A program made the position numbers and the translations under genes. Below the pieces are notes generated by a model. That model saw only the letters and a program-made list of their open reading frames with translations, did not search any database and was not told the origin of the DNA. A DNA stretch of 64,000 nucleotides from Squalus acanthias (Eukaryota), in NCBI GenBank assembly GCA_030390025.1, contig CM059432.1:77316001-77380000 (forward strand), written 5' to 3'. This document shows, one piece after another, positions 13,401 through 24,746 of the stretch (the stretch's first letter is position 1; every line of letters begins with the position of its first letter).

Positions 13401-15405
13401 TGCTTTAGTCTTATTTTTTCTGCAGCTCTCAGATAAGTATACATTTTAAAATAACATTTATCACAGAACGAATGTTGTGAATTAAAAAATACCCTGTAGT
13501 TGTGCACAGTTCTCCTGATTCTACTTTGTGATAACAACCTTCAAGAATGAAAAGAAAATCAGTTTTGCTGACGTTACATGATGAGGCATCTTGTGATTTT
13601 GAAACACTACAAAGAACTTTCTGTACTGATTGCTTACAATCTCAGTCTGAAAACAGTTTACTGATTTTTGAATCTCAAATAACAAAGTCATCCAATTAGC
13701 TTTTTTAGAAACTTTCTTCCACTTTTGCTGATGAAAGAAACGTATTATGGAATTTACCTCATGCTAAGCTTAACAATGTCAATACTGTCAAGTGACAATG
13801 TACCATTGTTGCTGATTATTAGCTGTTCAGATAGAACTGGGCCACTGTCAACTGACACCGTGACATTTTGAATTATTTTGGAACTAAAACATGATGTGAT
13901 GTGTAACTGTTGGGCAATTGTCCAATCTGCAGCCATAAATGGCTATTTGGTTAGCTAATCACTATAATGTCTATTTGTTTTCATATAATCTACTGCTGGA
14001 GGTAATTTAAACCATACAATGGAATAGAATGATGTAAAGGTTTGAACCTGAAATGATGCCTGTGACCTTTGTTACTGCATTGTTCTCTATCTATATATGC
14101 TTTGTCGATTTGTATTCCTTTACTTCACCTGACGAAGGAGCAGCCGCTCCGAAAGCTTGTGATTTCAAATAAAACTGTTGGACTATAACCTGGTGTTGTG
14201 CGACTTCTCACCTTTGTTACTGTATGTGACCTATTTGCTGCTGGTTGTGATTGAAACAAAAATAGTTTACTAACACAAAGGTGTGTCACATTTAAGGGAT
14301 CTGTGACATGCATATTTAATTTAAATCGCTAATTAAACAGATAAAATAAATTGTGAGATTGACAGATCAATTGTCCACAGAAAATGTGCAATGAAAAATC
14401 GAGGCTAAAACAGCTGCAAACAAGAGAGAGGCTACACACTGCAGAAAGTTGCTCAATGATCTTAAAAGGATGGAGTGGGTGAAAGTGGCCAATAATAAAA
14501 GTCTGCACTGCAAAGACAAGACATGAGCTGGGACATAAGTAAAAGCTACTGACTGCATCACAAATGGCTGTGTGTTTCCATCCTGTGAATGAAGGGAAGA
14601 GTACATCCACCATGTGCTAGGATTCTGGTAGAGCAATTTCAGATCATCCGTCATATCTTGGTAGAAGTTAACTCTTAGATTCCTGAGTTTACTGTGCATC
14701 TTTCCAATTATGCACACATGGAAAATGTTCACTGTGGCGTTGGAAACATTTCTATTCTTAAATCGCATGCCAGAACTCCACTGGGAAGGATCAACCATAA
14801 CCTGTACATCTATGCTCATATAACAAAGCAAATATAATACAAAAATATTCCTAGTTTGATAATTGATGAAACTATGCTTTTGTCACATCCTTTCTGCAGC
14901 TCTCAGGTAAGTATATATTTTAAAATAAAATTTCATCTCAGAAAATTAAGTACTGTCCTGGAGTTTGGTGCAGTTCCTTTAATTCTACTTTGTGATAGCT
15001 ACCTTAAAAAAAATGAAAATAAAATTAATTTTGCTGATATTGCATGATAGAAACTTTAGAAAGTGCTGTGATCCTGGGCGGTTCTACTTTATGTGTGACA
15101 GAGAAAATAAGGGGTCTACTAGTGAGATCAATTCAAGCAACGCCTTTAGAGATTCCTGAGGACTTTTGGCCAACCCTAAACACGTTCTATAACATCCATC
15201 CATGTTGCCTCATGATTCCAACTTATGTAGTTTTTGTGGAAACATCTAATCAATTATGTTCTTGATATTTCTTTAGAATAGTGAAGGCTCTGAGAAATTC
15301 AGTTCAAATTCAAGTCATACTTTACCTTTCTGTTTGCTGCAACACGTCCTCAACTGATGACATCAGATTCAACGGTGCTGTGGTTGTCTTTCTGGAAGAG
15401 TACAT
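10496..15405 (-). CDS. Candidate host gene of unknown function, three coding exons (15326-15405, 13758-13883, 10496-10670), 126 aa; may be the 3' part of a longer gene
   Basis: Donors AG|GTAAAG (15325) and AG|GTAAAT (13757). Acceptors TTTTAG (13884) and CCTGTAG (10671). Both introns are phase 2 and splice into one open frame ending in TAA. The exons lie in non-repetitive DNA. AATAAA on minus at 9905-9910. Confidence 0.5.
11105..11423 (+). mobile_element. CR1 LINE 3' end
   Basis: GHSFRIKGRPFRTEMRRNFFSQRVVNLWNSLP, followed by the 3' UTR and a TTCTTATG tail. Confidence 0.88.
11528..13324 (-). mobile_element. L2 LINE 3' part with nested CR1 fragments (~12090-12210 minus, ~12470-12988 plus)
   Basis: VPQGSIL, HMYADDTQLYL and GGRAFCCLGP.LWNSLP motifs. 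(AAC)n tail at 11528. A 21-bp tandem duplication at ~13190-13235. Confidence 0.88.
14078..14209 (+). mobile_element. Short Penelope-like 3' end insertion, family B
   Basis: Contains a hammerhead motif. 13-bp TSD ACCTTTGTTACTG at 14065-14077 and 14210-14222. Confidence 0.8.
14125..14162 (+). ncRNA. Minimal type I hammerhead ribozyme motif
   Basis: TCAC-CTGACGA-A-GGAGC agcc GCTCC-GAAA-GC-TT-GTGA: conserved CUGANGA and GAAA core, stem I TCAC/GTGA, stem II GGAGC/GCTCC, palindromic AAGCTT stem III. Confidence 0.85.
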
Positions 15406-15513
15406 TCCTCTTTAGTCTGTCGTACATCACAAGAGTTCCTCATTGTCCCTTATACTGATGAGGTAAAACACTTGCTGTGTGACAGATTAAAAATATTAAG
15501 ATCTAAATAGAAG

Positions 15514-15790
15514 TAAAAAGCAAAAAATTGAAGATGCTGGTAATCTGAAACAAAAACAGAAAATGTTGGAAACACTCAGCAGGTCACTCAGTTACAGAGA
15601 GACACAGAGAAGCTATCATTTTGGGTGCTGACCCTTCTTCAAAACTGAAAAGTAAGAGTCGACAGGTGTATTGTGTATTAATACAATCATAAAAAGGGCA
15701 GCTTAAAAATATTTACATTTTTCAGTTTTGAAGTAAAGTACTCACCCTAAAAGTTACCCTTTCCACAGATGCTGACTACAGAACTGAATA
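15514..15790. mobile_element. Old inverted pair of Penelope pLTR remnants (family A-like)
   Basis: 15514-15651 resembles the minus pLTR at 24370-24475. 15719-15780 is the plus-strand counterpart. Perfect 15-bp inverted match at 15637-15651 / 15719-15733. Confidence 0.6.
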
Positions 15791-16303
15791 GACTTGAGTA
15801 CATATGCATTACAAACAGCTCCTTGCAGTTAGCCCATACGGTTTGCAAAATATTGCTACAGTATACCAGTTAATTCACAGTTTTTATTTTGGGAAAAAAA
15901 TTCAAATTATCCAGAAGTACAAATTAAACAATTTAAATAAAACAGCTCAGAAGACATTTTTTGCACTATTTCAATGCAAATTAACAGATAATTAGAATTA
16001 AGCACTTCTGATTCAGAGAAGGCTGTAATTGTAATAATTGTATTTTTAGGACCAAGTAAATCATTGCAGCAAAATTATGCCTGATGATAAAAACACACTT
16101 CACTCTATACTTTTTGTCAAAGAATATAAAGTTGGAGGGAAATCATACAATAATATCTCTAGAGATTTCCCAGCTTCAATAAAAATTAAATAAACTGACC
16201 AGCTTTTGTTTCTGTTTCTAGATTCTCTTTAAGACTACATGCGGAAATCATTAAGGACCTCTGAAACATTCATTTCCTTAGAAATGTGTTTTCAGATATA
16301 ACA

Positions 16304-17072
16304 GGGCTGGAATTTGCGGTTGGAGGCATACCTCCAGAGTACGCCTCCGACCCGATAAAAAATTCGCACTTACCTTCAGGCTCCTGGGCTTTGGAGACGT
16401 CGGGTCCTGGGCCTTCAGGCATATGCCTGCGTAAAGGCCCACGGATCCCAGGGACACAGGCGGTTCGGAAGCGTCCTTGGGATCATGTGGGCCAGGTCCT
16501 CCAATCAGAAACGAGGATTCCTCATATGCTTATGGAGATTCCATTTACGAACGGAATCCCCATCAGCATATGGGGAATCCCCAAATAATTAAATAATTTA
16601 TACAACTGGAATAAAAATAAATGTTCCCATTTTCACATTTAATTAAAAGTCTCTTCAATAAAGTATATACAATAAAAAAATTATTTTTTGAAAAATTATT
16701 TTAAACATTTTAATCCAGGCCAAAATTTGTATAAACTAATTTTAAATGTTTGTGCATGATTTTTTATTTTTAAATTTTAAATTTAAGTTTTATATTAACT
16801 CTTACGCTGGTGAAAACAGGCCCTAAGCCTGCTTTTACAGGCTTAAGGGTTTCGGGGCATTTGCTGGGCAGTAGTTGGGCAAATAGCTCAACTCTGGGCC
16901 AGCAAAAGTGATTTTTGGGTCGGTGTGGTAGATTTGTCAAGGCGAACCTTGACAGATCGCAAGTTCCAGATTTTCGAGCATGCAGAAACCCGAAACTTGC
17001 GGGGCCTTTCTGATGGCTTACGACGGCGTACTCTGTGTGTACGCCATCTTCAAGAGCGCAAAATCCGGGCCA
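16304..17072. mobile_element. Harbinger-type MITE
   Basis: Imperfect TIRs GGGCTGGAATTTGCG / CGCAAAATCCGGGCC, probable ACA TSD, GC-rich ends with an AT-rich core, internal hairpin at ~16517-16581. Confidence 0.75.
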
Positions 17073-17666
17073 ACATCTTTCTGTCAATACGCGTGCACTA
17101 TGTTCAATTCCACAAATAGATCCACCTCAGTGCAATTCATGCTGCATCTCTTGTTTCTGTTGCCTCCATTATTTTTGTTTCTTTCCATTGGGGTAAATTA
17201 GGTGGCGCACATCAAAACAAGACCTGTGTGTCACTTATATATAATTAATACATATACAGCTGTAATTTATTCAAGGAGGCTGATTGGTCAGTACAGCATT
17301 GCTTCAGAACAATTTGTGTCAGTCCAAAACAGATCAGCCTTTATCAATGGCCCACTCCTGCTCCTATTTCTTATGTTCTTATGTTCTAATACAGCACCAA
17401 TAGTTTTCTTTACACTAAATTTGTGATGTGCCATTATGGGTGAAAATCTAGCCTGCAGTAATCTGCAACATTTCCATTTTGTGAATTTTTAATACTGTAT
17501 GTACAATACTTTATTCAAAAATTCATGAAACCTCAGAGTATGTTTAATATGCAGTATTCTCTGACAAATTGAATTTTGTGGAGGGTTGCCATTTTGTCCA
17601 GTGACTAAATGATGAGGTGAATGACACTGTTTATTATTGAATTTATTATCGAGGTATCATTAAAAA

Positions 17667-20370
17667 TAACAACAAACTTGCATTTATATAGTGCATTTAA
17701 CATAGAAAAACATCCCAAGGCACTTCACAAAGACTTAATCAGAATTAAATGGACACCAAGCCAAAAGAGATATTGGGCCAGAAATTCGGCTTTCCGGCTT
17801 CCTGCGGGTGCAAGCATCGCGTGCGTACTTGCTTACCGCGCCTGCCGTTGTGCTTTGGGCCCACGAGGACTTCGGCTCCTGGGCCTCCTCCAGCTGCCGG
17901 CACGTAGTGCTTGCGTATCCCAGGAGTGCAGTTAGTTCAAAGCGTCCCCTGGGATCATGTGGGCCATGGAGAGCCAATCCTAACAGGGCATTTTCATTCA
18001 TAGATTTGACAGGAAGACCTATGAATAGAGATCGGCCCCAAAACCACACTTAAACTTCAAATAAATTTTAAAAAAAACATCACATTTTTAAAATAACTCT
18101 AAGTTACATAAATTAACTACCTTAAACAAAAATTTAAATTTTTGAAAAAATTAATTATACTTTTTAACGGTGCTAAAAATAAACTTACCTTTCTTTAAAG
18201 TATCTAAAAAAGATAAACCTGTTGAAAAAATGTTTAAATTGTAATTAATTAACCATTTACCTTGTTAAAAACAGGCCTTGCGCCTCCTTTTTAATAGTGC
18301 AGCTTCTCCATACTTACCTTCCCGGAGAAACCTGAAAAAAACCCCGAAGTTCACTGCATGCGCACAGCCTCTCCCGCGCACGCGTTCGACTTCTGAACCC
18401 CTTCCTTCAGGGGAACGGAAGTTCCGGTTTCCCGCGCATGCGCAGTGCATGCAGGAAACCGGCACTTCAGGTGGCCTTACGGGTGAGTACACAGCGCGTA
18501 CTCACCCGACAAGAGCCGAATTTCTGGCCCATTAAGAGCCAGGACTAAAACCTTGGTCAAAGAAGTTGGTTTTAAGAAGGGTCTTAAAAGAGGAGAGGGA
18601 GGTGAAGAGGCAGAGGGGTTTAGGCAAGGAATTCTAGAGAAAGGGGTCTACATGGCTGAAGGCATGGCTGCCAATGGTGAGGGCGAAGGGAAGGGGCGAT
18701 GCACAAAGGCCAGAGTTGGAGGAATGGAGAATTTGGGGAAAATTTGTACGGCTGAAGGAGGTTCCCAATATAGGGAGGGGCAAAGCCATGAAGGGATTTA
18801 AACAGGAGGATGACAATTTTAAATTGGAGGCATTGAGGGACTGAGAGCAATGACAAGGATGATGGGTGACTGGAACTTGGTATGGAATAGGGTACGGGTA
18901 GCAGAGCTTTGAATGAGCTGAAGTTTACACAGGGTGGTGGATGGGAGGCCAGCCAGGAGATCATTAGAATAATCGAGTCTGGTGGTGATAAAGGCATGGA
19001 TGAAGATTTCAGCAAAGATGGGCTGAGGTGGCGGTGGAGATGGGCAATGTTACGAAGGTGGAAGTCTTTGTGATGGAGAGGATATGGGGTTAGAAGCTCA
19101 GCTTGGGGTTGAATAGGATGGCGAGATTGCAAACAGTCTAGTACAACCTGAAACTGTGACCAGGGAAGGGATGGAATCCGTAGCAAAGGTACGGAGTTTG
19201 TGCCGGGGTCCAAAGACGATGGCTTCAGTCTTCCCATTGTTTAACTGGAGGCAATTTCAGCTCATCCAAGACTTGACATCTGACGTGCAATCTGACAACA
19301 CAGAGGCAGTGAAAGGGTTGGGAAAGGTGGTGGAGAGGTGGAGCTGGGTGTCAGCAGTGTACATCTGGCACATTGTACAGCATATGTTAGTGGATGATGT
19401 TGCTAAGGGGATGATATGTAGGGCAGTCCACTGAGCTGGACAATGGAAGATAGGCATTGGAGGAGGATAGTGTGGTCCACCACATCAAAGGCTGCAGAGA
19501 GGCTGACGAGGATGAAGAGGGACAGTGAACCATGGTTACAGTCACAGAGGCTGTAATTTATGACTTTGTTTCGGGCAGTTTCAGTGCTATGGCAAGGACG
19601 GGCAGAAGCTTGATTGGAGACATTCAAACATGGAGTTACGGAAAAGACGAGAAAGGATGTGGAAAGTGACAACATGTTCAAGGACTTTGGAGAGCTGAAA
19701 GGAGGTTGCAGATGGTAGTTTGCAAGGACAGAAGGGTTAGGGTGGATTTTTTTGAAGAGGGCGTGATGACAGTGATTTTGAAAGGAAGGGGATAGTATCT
19801 GAAGAGAGAGAACCATTTATAATTTCAAATAGCATAGGGGCCAAAAAGTGAAGTTGGGTAGTCAAGGGAATGAGATCAAGCGAGCAGAAGGTGGATCTCA
19901 TGGATGATATAAGTTCAGAGAAGGCATGAAGGGAGATGGAAGAAAAACCTGGAAGATATGGGTTCAGGACAAGGGCAGAGGGAGCTTGTGGGTAGGTTTG
20001 GCTTAATGGGCAAGGGGAAGGGGTAAGCAGTGGAGACAGTTGAATGGATGGTCTCGATCCTAATGACAAAGAAGTCCACTTGTTGGAGTTCAGGATGGAG
20101 GGGGCAGGGGAGAGGTGTTTAAGGCAACAGTTGATAGTGGAGAAAGGAAGCTGAGGATTACCTTTTCTCTGCAGGATGATGCTGAAGTAGTGCACAATTT
20201 TGGCAGTGGCGAATGAGGCCTAATAGCGCTTGATGTGTTCCAGTGAGAACTGGTGCTGGATGGCTAAACCAATTGTGTGTCAGATATCCTCAAGCCTGCA
20301 TCCCTTGGATTTGAAAGAGTGAATATGGAGGCCATATCAGGCGAAATGGCTGGGATGGGGGAGATTGGCT
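17667..20370 (-). mobile_element. Old decayed L2 LINE (3' part), split by a MITE
   Basis: (AAC)n-AACTTGCATTTATATAG tail at 17667, plus LSAAFDVVDH and YTADTQLHL remnants. Confidence 0.8.
17775..18530. mobile_element. Harbinger-type MITE, 756 bp
   Basis: Perfect 17-bp TIR GGGCCAGAAATTCGGCT. ATT TSD at 17772-17774 and 18531-18533. Same family as 34718-35480 in the opposite orientation. Confidence 0.92.
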
Positions 20371-20386
20371 GGTAGAAAGTATAGAT

Positions 20387-23300
20387 AACAACAACTTGTA
20401 TTTATATAGCACTTTTAACATAGTAAAACGTCCCAAGGCGCTGTACAGGAGTATTATGAGAAAAAAAAATTTGACACCGAGCCATATAAGGAAAAATTAG
20501 GGCAGGTGACCAAAAGCTTGGTCAAAGAGGTAGGTTTTAAGGAGCGTCTTAAAGGAGGAAAGAGAGGTAGCGAGGCAGAGAGGTTTAGGCAGGGAATTCC
20601 AGAGCTTAGGGCCTAGGCAACAGAAGGCACGGCCACCAATGGTTGAGCGATTATAATCAGGGATGCTCAAGAGGGCAGAATTAGAGGAGCGCAGATATCT
20701 CAGGGAGTTGTGGGGCTGAAGGAGATTACAGAGATAGGGAGGGGTGAGACCTTGGAGGGATTTGAAAACAGGGATGAGAATTTTGAAATCGAGGCGCTGC
20801 TTAACCGGGAGCCAGTGTAGGTCAGCGAGCACAGGGATGATGGGCGAATGGGACTTGGTGCGAGTTAGGACACAGGCAGCCGAGTTTTGGATGACCTCAA
20901 GTTTACATAGGGTGGAATGTGGGGGGCCAGCCAGGAGTGAATTGGAATAATCAAGTCTAGAGGTAACAAAGGCATGGATGAGGGTTTCAGCAGCGGATGA
21001 GCTGAGGCAGGGGCAGAGACGGGCGATGTTACAGAGGTGGAAATAGGTGGTCTTTGTTATGCTGCGGATATGTGGTCAGGACGCCCATTTCAGGGTCAAC
21101 TATGACACCAAGGTTGCGAACAGTGTGGTTCAGCCTCAGATAGTTAGGCAGAGGGATGGAGTCAGTGGCTAGGGAACAGAGTTTGTGGCGGGGATCAAAA
21201 ACAATGGCTTCGGTCTTCCCAATATTAAATTGGAGAAAATTTCTGCTCATCCAGAACTGTATGTCGGACAAGCAGTCTGACAATTTAGAGACCGTGGAGG
21301 GGTCGAGAGAAGACGTAGTGAGGTAGAGCTGGGTGTCGTCAGCGTGCATGTGGAAATTGATGCTGTGTTTTCGGATGTTGTCACCAAGGGGCAACATGTA
21401 GATGAGAAATGGGAGGAGGCCAAGGATAGAATCTTGGGGGACACCAGAGGTAACGATGCGGGAGCGGGAAGAGAAGCCGTTGCAGGTGATTCTCTGGCTA
21501 CGATTAGATAGATAAGAATGGAACTAGGCGAGTGCGGTCCCACCCAGCTGGACGATGGTGGAGAAGCATTGGAGAAGGATGGAGTGGTCAACCGTGTCAA
21601 AGGCTGCAGATAAGTCAAGAAGGATGAGAAGGGATGGTTTACCTTTGTCACAGTCACAAAGGATGTCCTTTGTGACTTTGATGAGAGCCGTTTCGATACT
21701 GTGGCAAGGGCTGAAACCTGATTGGAGGGATTCAAACATACAATTGCGGGAAAGATGGGCACAGATTTGGGAGGCGACAACACGTTCAAGGACTTTGGAG
21801 AGGAAAGGGAGGTTGGAGATGGGAGTTTGCAAGGACGGAGGGGTCAAGAGTTGTTTTTTTGAGGAGAGGGATGATGACGGCAGATTTGAGGGAGAGGGGG
21901 ACAGTACCTGAGGAGGGAGAACTGTTAACAATATCAGCTAACATGCGAGCCAGAAAAGGAAGTTGGGTGGTCAGTAGTTTGGTGGGAATAGGTTCGAGGG
22001 AGCAGGAAGTGGGTCACATGGACAAGATGAGCATGGAGAGGTCATGAGGGGAGATCAGAGAGAAACTGGAGAAAGATGTGAGTTCAGGGCTAGGGCACGG
22101 GGGAAGCTTAGAGGAAGTTTGGCCCGGTGGGTTAGGGGAAGGAAGGGAATTGGCAGAGGCAGCTGAACAGATGGTCTCAACCTTGGAGACAAAGAAGTCC
22201 ATGAGCTCCTTACACTTGTTATTGGAGGTGAGGGTGGAGGAGACAGAGGAGAGGGGTTTAAGAAGACGGTTAGCAGTAGAGAATAGGAGCCGGGGTTTAT
22301 CTTTGCATTCCAGAATGATTCTGGAATAGTGAACAATTTTGGCAGACGAGAGCAGGACCCGATAATGCTTTATGTGGTCCAGCCAGATCTGGCAGTGAAT
22401 GGCTAAACCAGTTGTCCGCCATATCCGTTCAAGTCTGCATCCCTTGGACTTAAGGGAGCGAAGATTAAGGCCATACCAAGGGAAACAGCCAGGGTGAGAG
22501 AGAGTAATTGTTTTAGTAGGAACTAGGGCATCAAAGGTGGTGGTGAGGGTGTGGTTGAGTAGATTGGTAGCTGCAGAAATCTCATGGTGAATGGAGGGCC
22601 AAAGACTGGACAGTTGGGATTTCATAAGCGCAGTTGTAAGAGAGTTGGGAGAGAGTTTTTTTCAGGGGCGGATATAGAAGGAAGTAGGATTGTGGGGTGT
22701 GGAGGCAGGATGTGTGTGGAGAGCGATATGAGGAAGTGGTCAGAGATGGCCTTATCTACGATTGACACGATGGGAGTAGCGAGGCCACGAGAGATGGCAA
22801 GGTTGAGGGGGTGGCCGTGAATATGGGTTGGGGAGTTTACATGGAGGGAGAGATTAAGGGAGGATAGGAGGATAGTGAACTCAGAGGAGAGAGCATGATG
22901 AATTGAGATGGAGGTTGAAATCACCGAGAATGAGAAGTCGTTCAGTGCAGAGGCTGAGGGAGGAAAGCAGTGAAGATATCTCGGTAATAAAATTTTTATG
23001 GTACTTGGGTGGGTGGTAGAGAACAAGATATTTAAATGAGAGGTGAGAGGGGTGGAATAAGGTGAGTTGCTCAAAGGAGGAGAAAGTGCCGGAGGAGTAG
23101 GGGGACAGACCAAGGTGTGATTTGGTGATGAGAGCCACACTGCCACCACGGCAGTCTGAGCGGGGCAAGTGGTGGAAGGTATAGCCAGGCGGGGAGGCTT
23201 CATTTAAGGGTAAGGTGTCATCACCCCTCAACCAAGTTTCCGTCAGGGCCATGATGTTGATGCAATCACCCATGATAAGCTCATGGATGGCAAAGGCCTT

Positions 23301-24355
23301 GTTCGCAAGTGAACGGACATTCTGGAGGGAGATGTGGTGAGGGTCGGTGATGGCTGCCCCACTGCCAGCATCCACAGGGTCAGCGCTGGGGGGAGGGATG
23401 AGTTGGATGGGGAGGAAGATGGGAAGATTTGCCCCCAGTGGGCACGCTGGGTGGGAAGGTCGGCGAGAGAGTAGGATGGGACAGATGGGATTGCTGCTCC
23501 TAAGGAGGCAGCGACGATTGCCTCGATGGGCCCTTCGTAGGGTGCCAAGAGAGGCCCAGAGGGAAGCTGTAGGCTTATCTTAGAGGAAGTGAAGCCTGGG
23601 ACGGCGGCAGGAGAGTAGGAAGGTCGAAGAGTAATGAAGGATTGGGGTAGGGATTTGGGAGGGCAGTGTATCCGAAAGAGGAGAGATGAAAGGAAGCATG
23701 ATGACAGGAGAGAGCGGTCAGGAAGGGATAGAGAGAAAAGGAAAATAGGAAGAAAAAGTGGAATGGCTCAGGTCCGGAGCGGCAGCCAAAGTGCGCACGT
23801 GAATGGACACGGGAAAAGCTCAGGTTACATAGGCCTGTTTAAATGTAATAATTAATGGAATACATATTTCCTGGTAGCAGGGAATAGGTTGGGAACAATA
23901 GTCAAAGTCAGAGGTCCCATGGAAGGACAAAGCCGGCGTAAGCAGGATGGGGCCGGTACAGAGCATCGATGAACCAATGTCTGAAGCAGATGAGTAAAAT
24001 CCAGAAGCTATTTGAAGGGTAGAGAGTTCGAGGATGGAGGTTGTTGCTATAGGAATGAGAGTCGGTGGCGGTGCAGAAAGATGATGGCGAAATTGACGCA
24101 AGTTGGAGGTCACCGTAGATCAAAGCGGCGGAGAAAAAGTAAAACCACAAGCCAGCGTCCAGAAAAGCTGAAAACCGGTAGAACGAGTCATTGGACAGCA
24201 AGTGAAGCAGCAGCTGCTACCTAGAAGCCAGCAGAGCTGAAAACCAGTAGAACCAGTTCAGCAGAGACACAGCCGCAGTTTTAAGATAACAATCTTTTTG
24301 CAGCTGAGATAGAGACAAAGCAGGTAAGTCTTACTGTGTAATCCAGTGCAGAAAC
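20387..24355 (-). mobile_element. Near full-length L2 LINE, frameshifted APE-RT ORF2; upstream region probably continues at 30399-30710
   Basis: Endonuclease LQNVRSL..IMALTETWL and ILGDFN. RT SNLPFLSKVLERVV, LLDLSAAFDTVDH and HADDTQLY. (AAC)n tail at 20387. Confidence 0.9.
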
Positions 24356-24433
24356 ATAGTATAATCCAAAATAACAACAGAAAACGCTGGAAAAACTCAG
24401 CAGGCCAGGCAGCATCCGTGGAGAGAGAAAGAG

Positions 24434-24470
24434 AGTTGACGTTTCAGGTCGATGACCTTTCATCAGAACT
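24434..24470 (-). ncRNA. Minimal hammerhead ribozyme in the left-arm pLTR
   Basis: Exact reverse complement of 30248-30284. Confidence 0.85.
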
Positions 24471-24746
24471 GGGAAGAGCTGGAAATCAAATAGATTTAAG
24501 GCCAGGGTAAAGCTGGGAAAAGGGGGAGGGGATAAAGGAACAAAGGAGGAGATGAAGAGACATTAAGAGACATTAAGAGATATGCAAGGCTAGAGGTGGT
24601 GTTAATGTGACAGATTAAGGCTGAATGAAGTGTGAAATCTACTGGCAGAATGAAGGACAGCTGCCAGCTTCTAGGAGGAAAAAAAAGGTGGGGGGGACAA
24701 ATAAAAGGGTGGATAAAATAAAATATAAATGTGATTGGAGCTGAGG

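Noticed and set aside
14367..14831. 154-aa ORF (also 33167-33481 and 37862-38068) as exons
   Set aside because: No recognisable domain and no convincing pair of splice sites compatible with the candidate gene.
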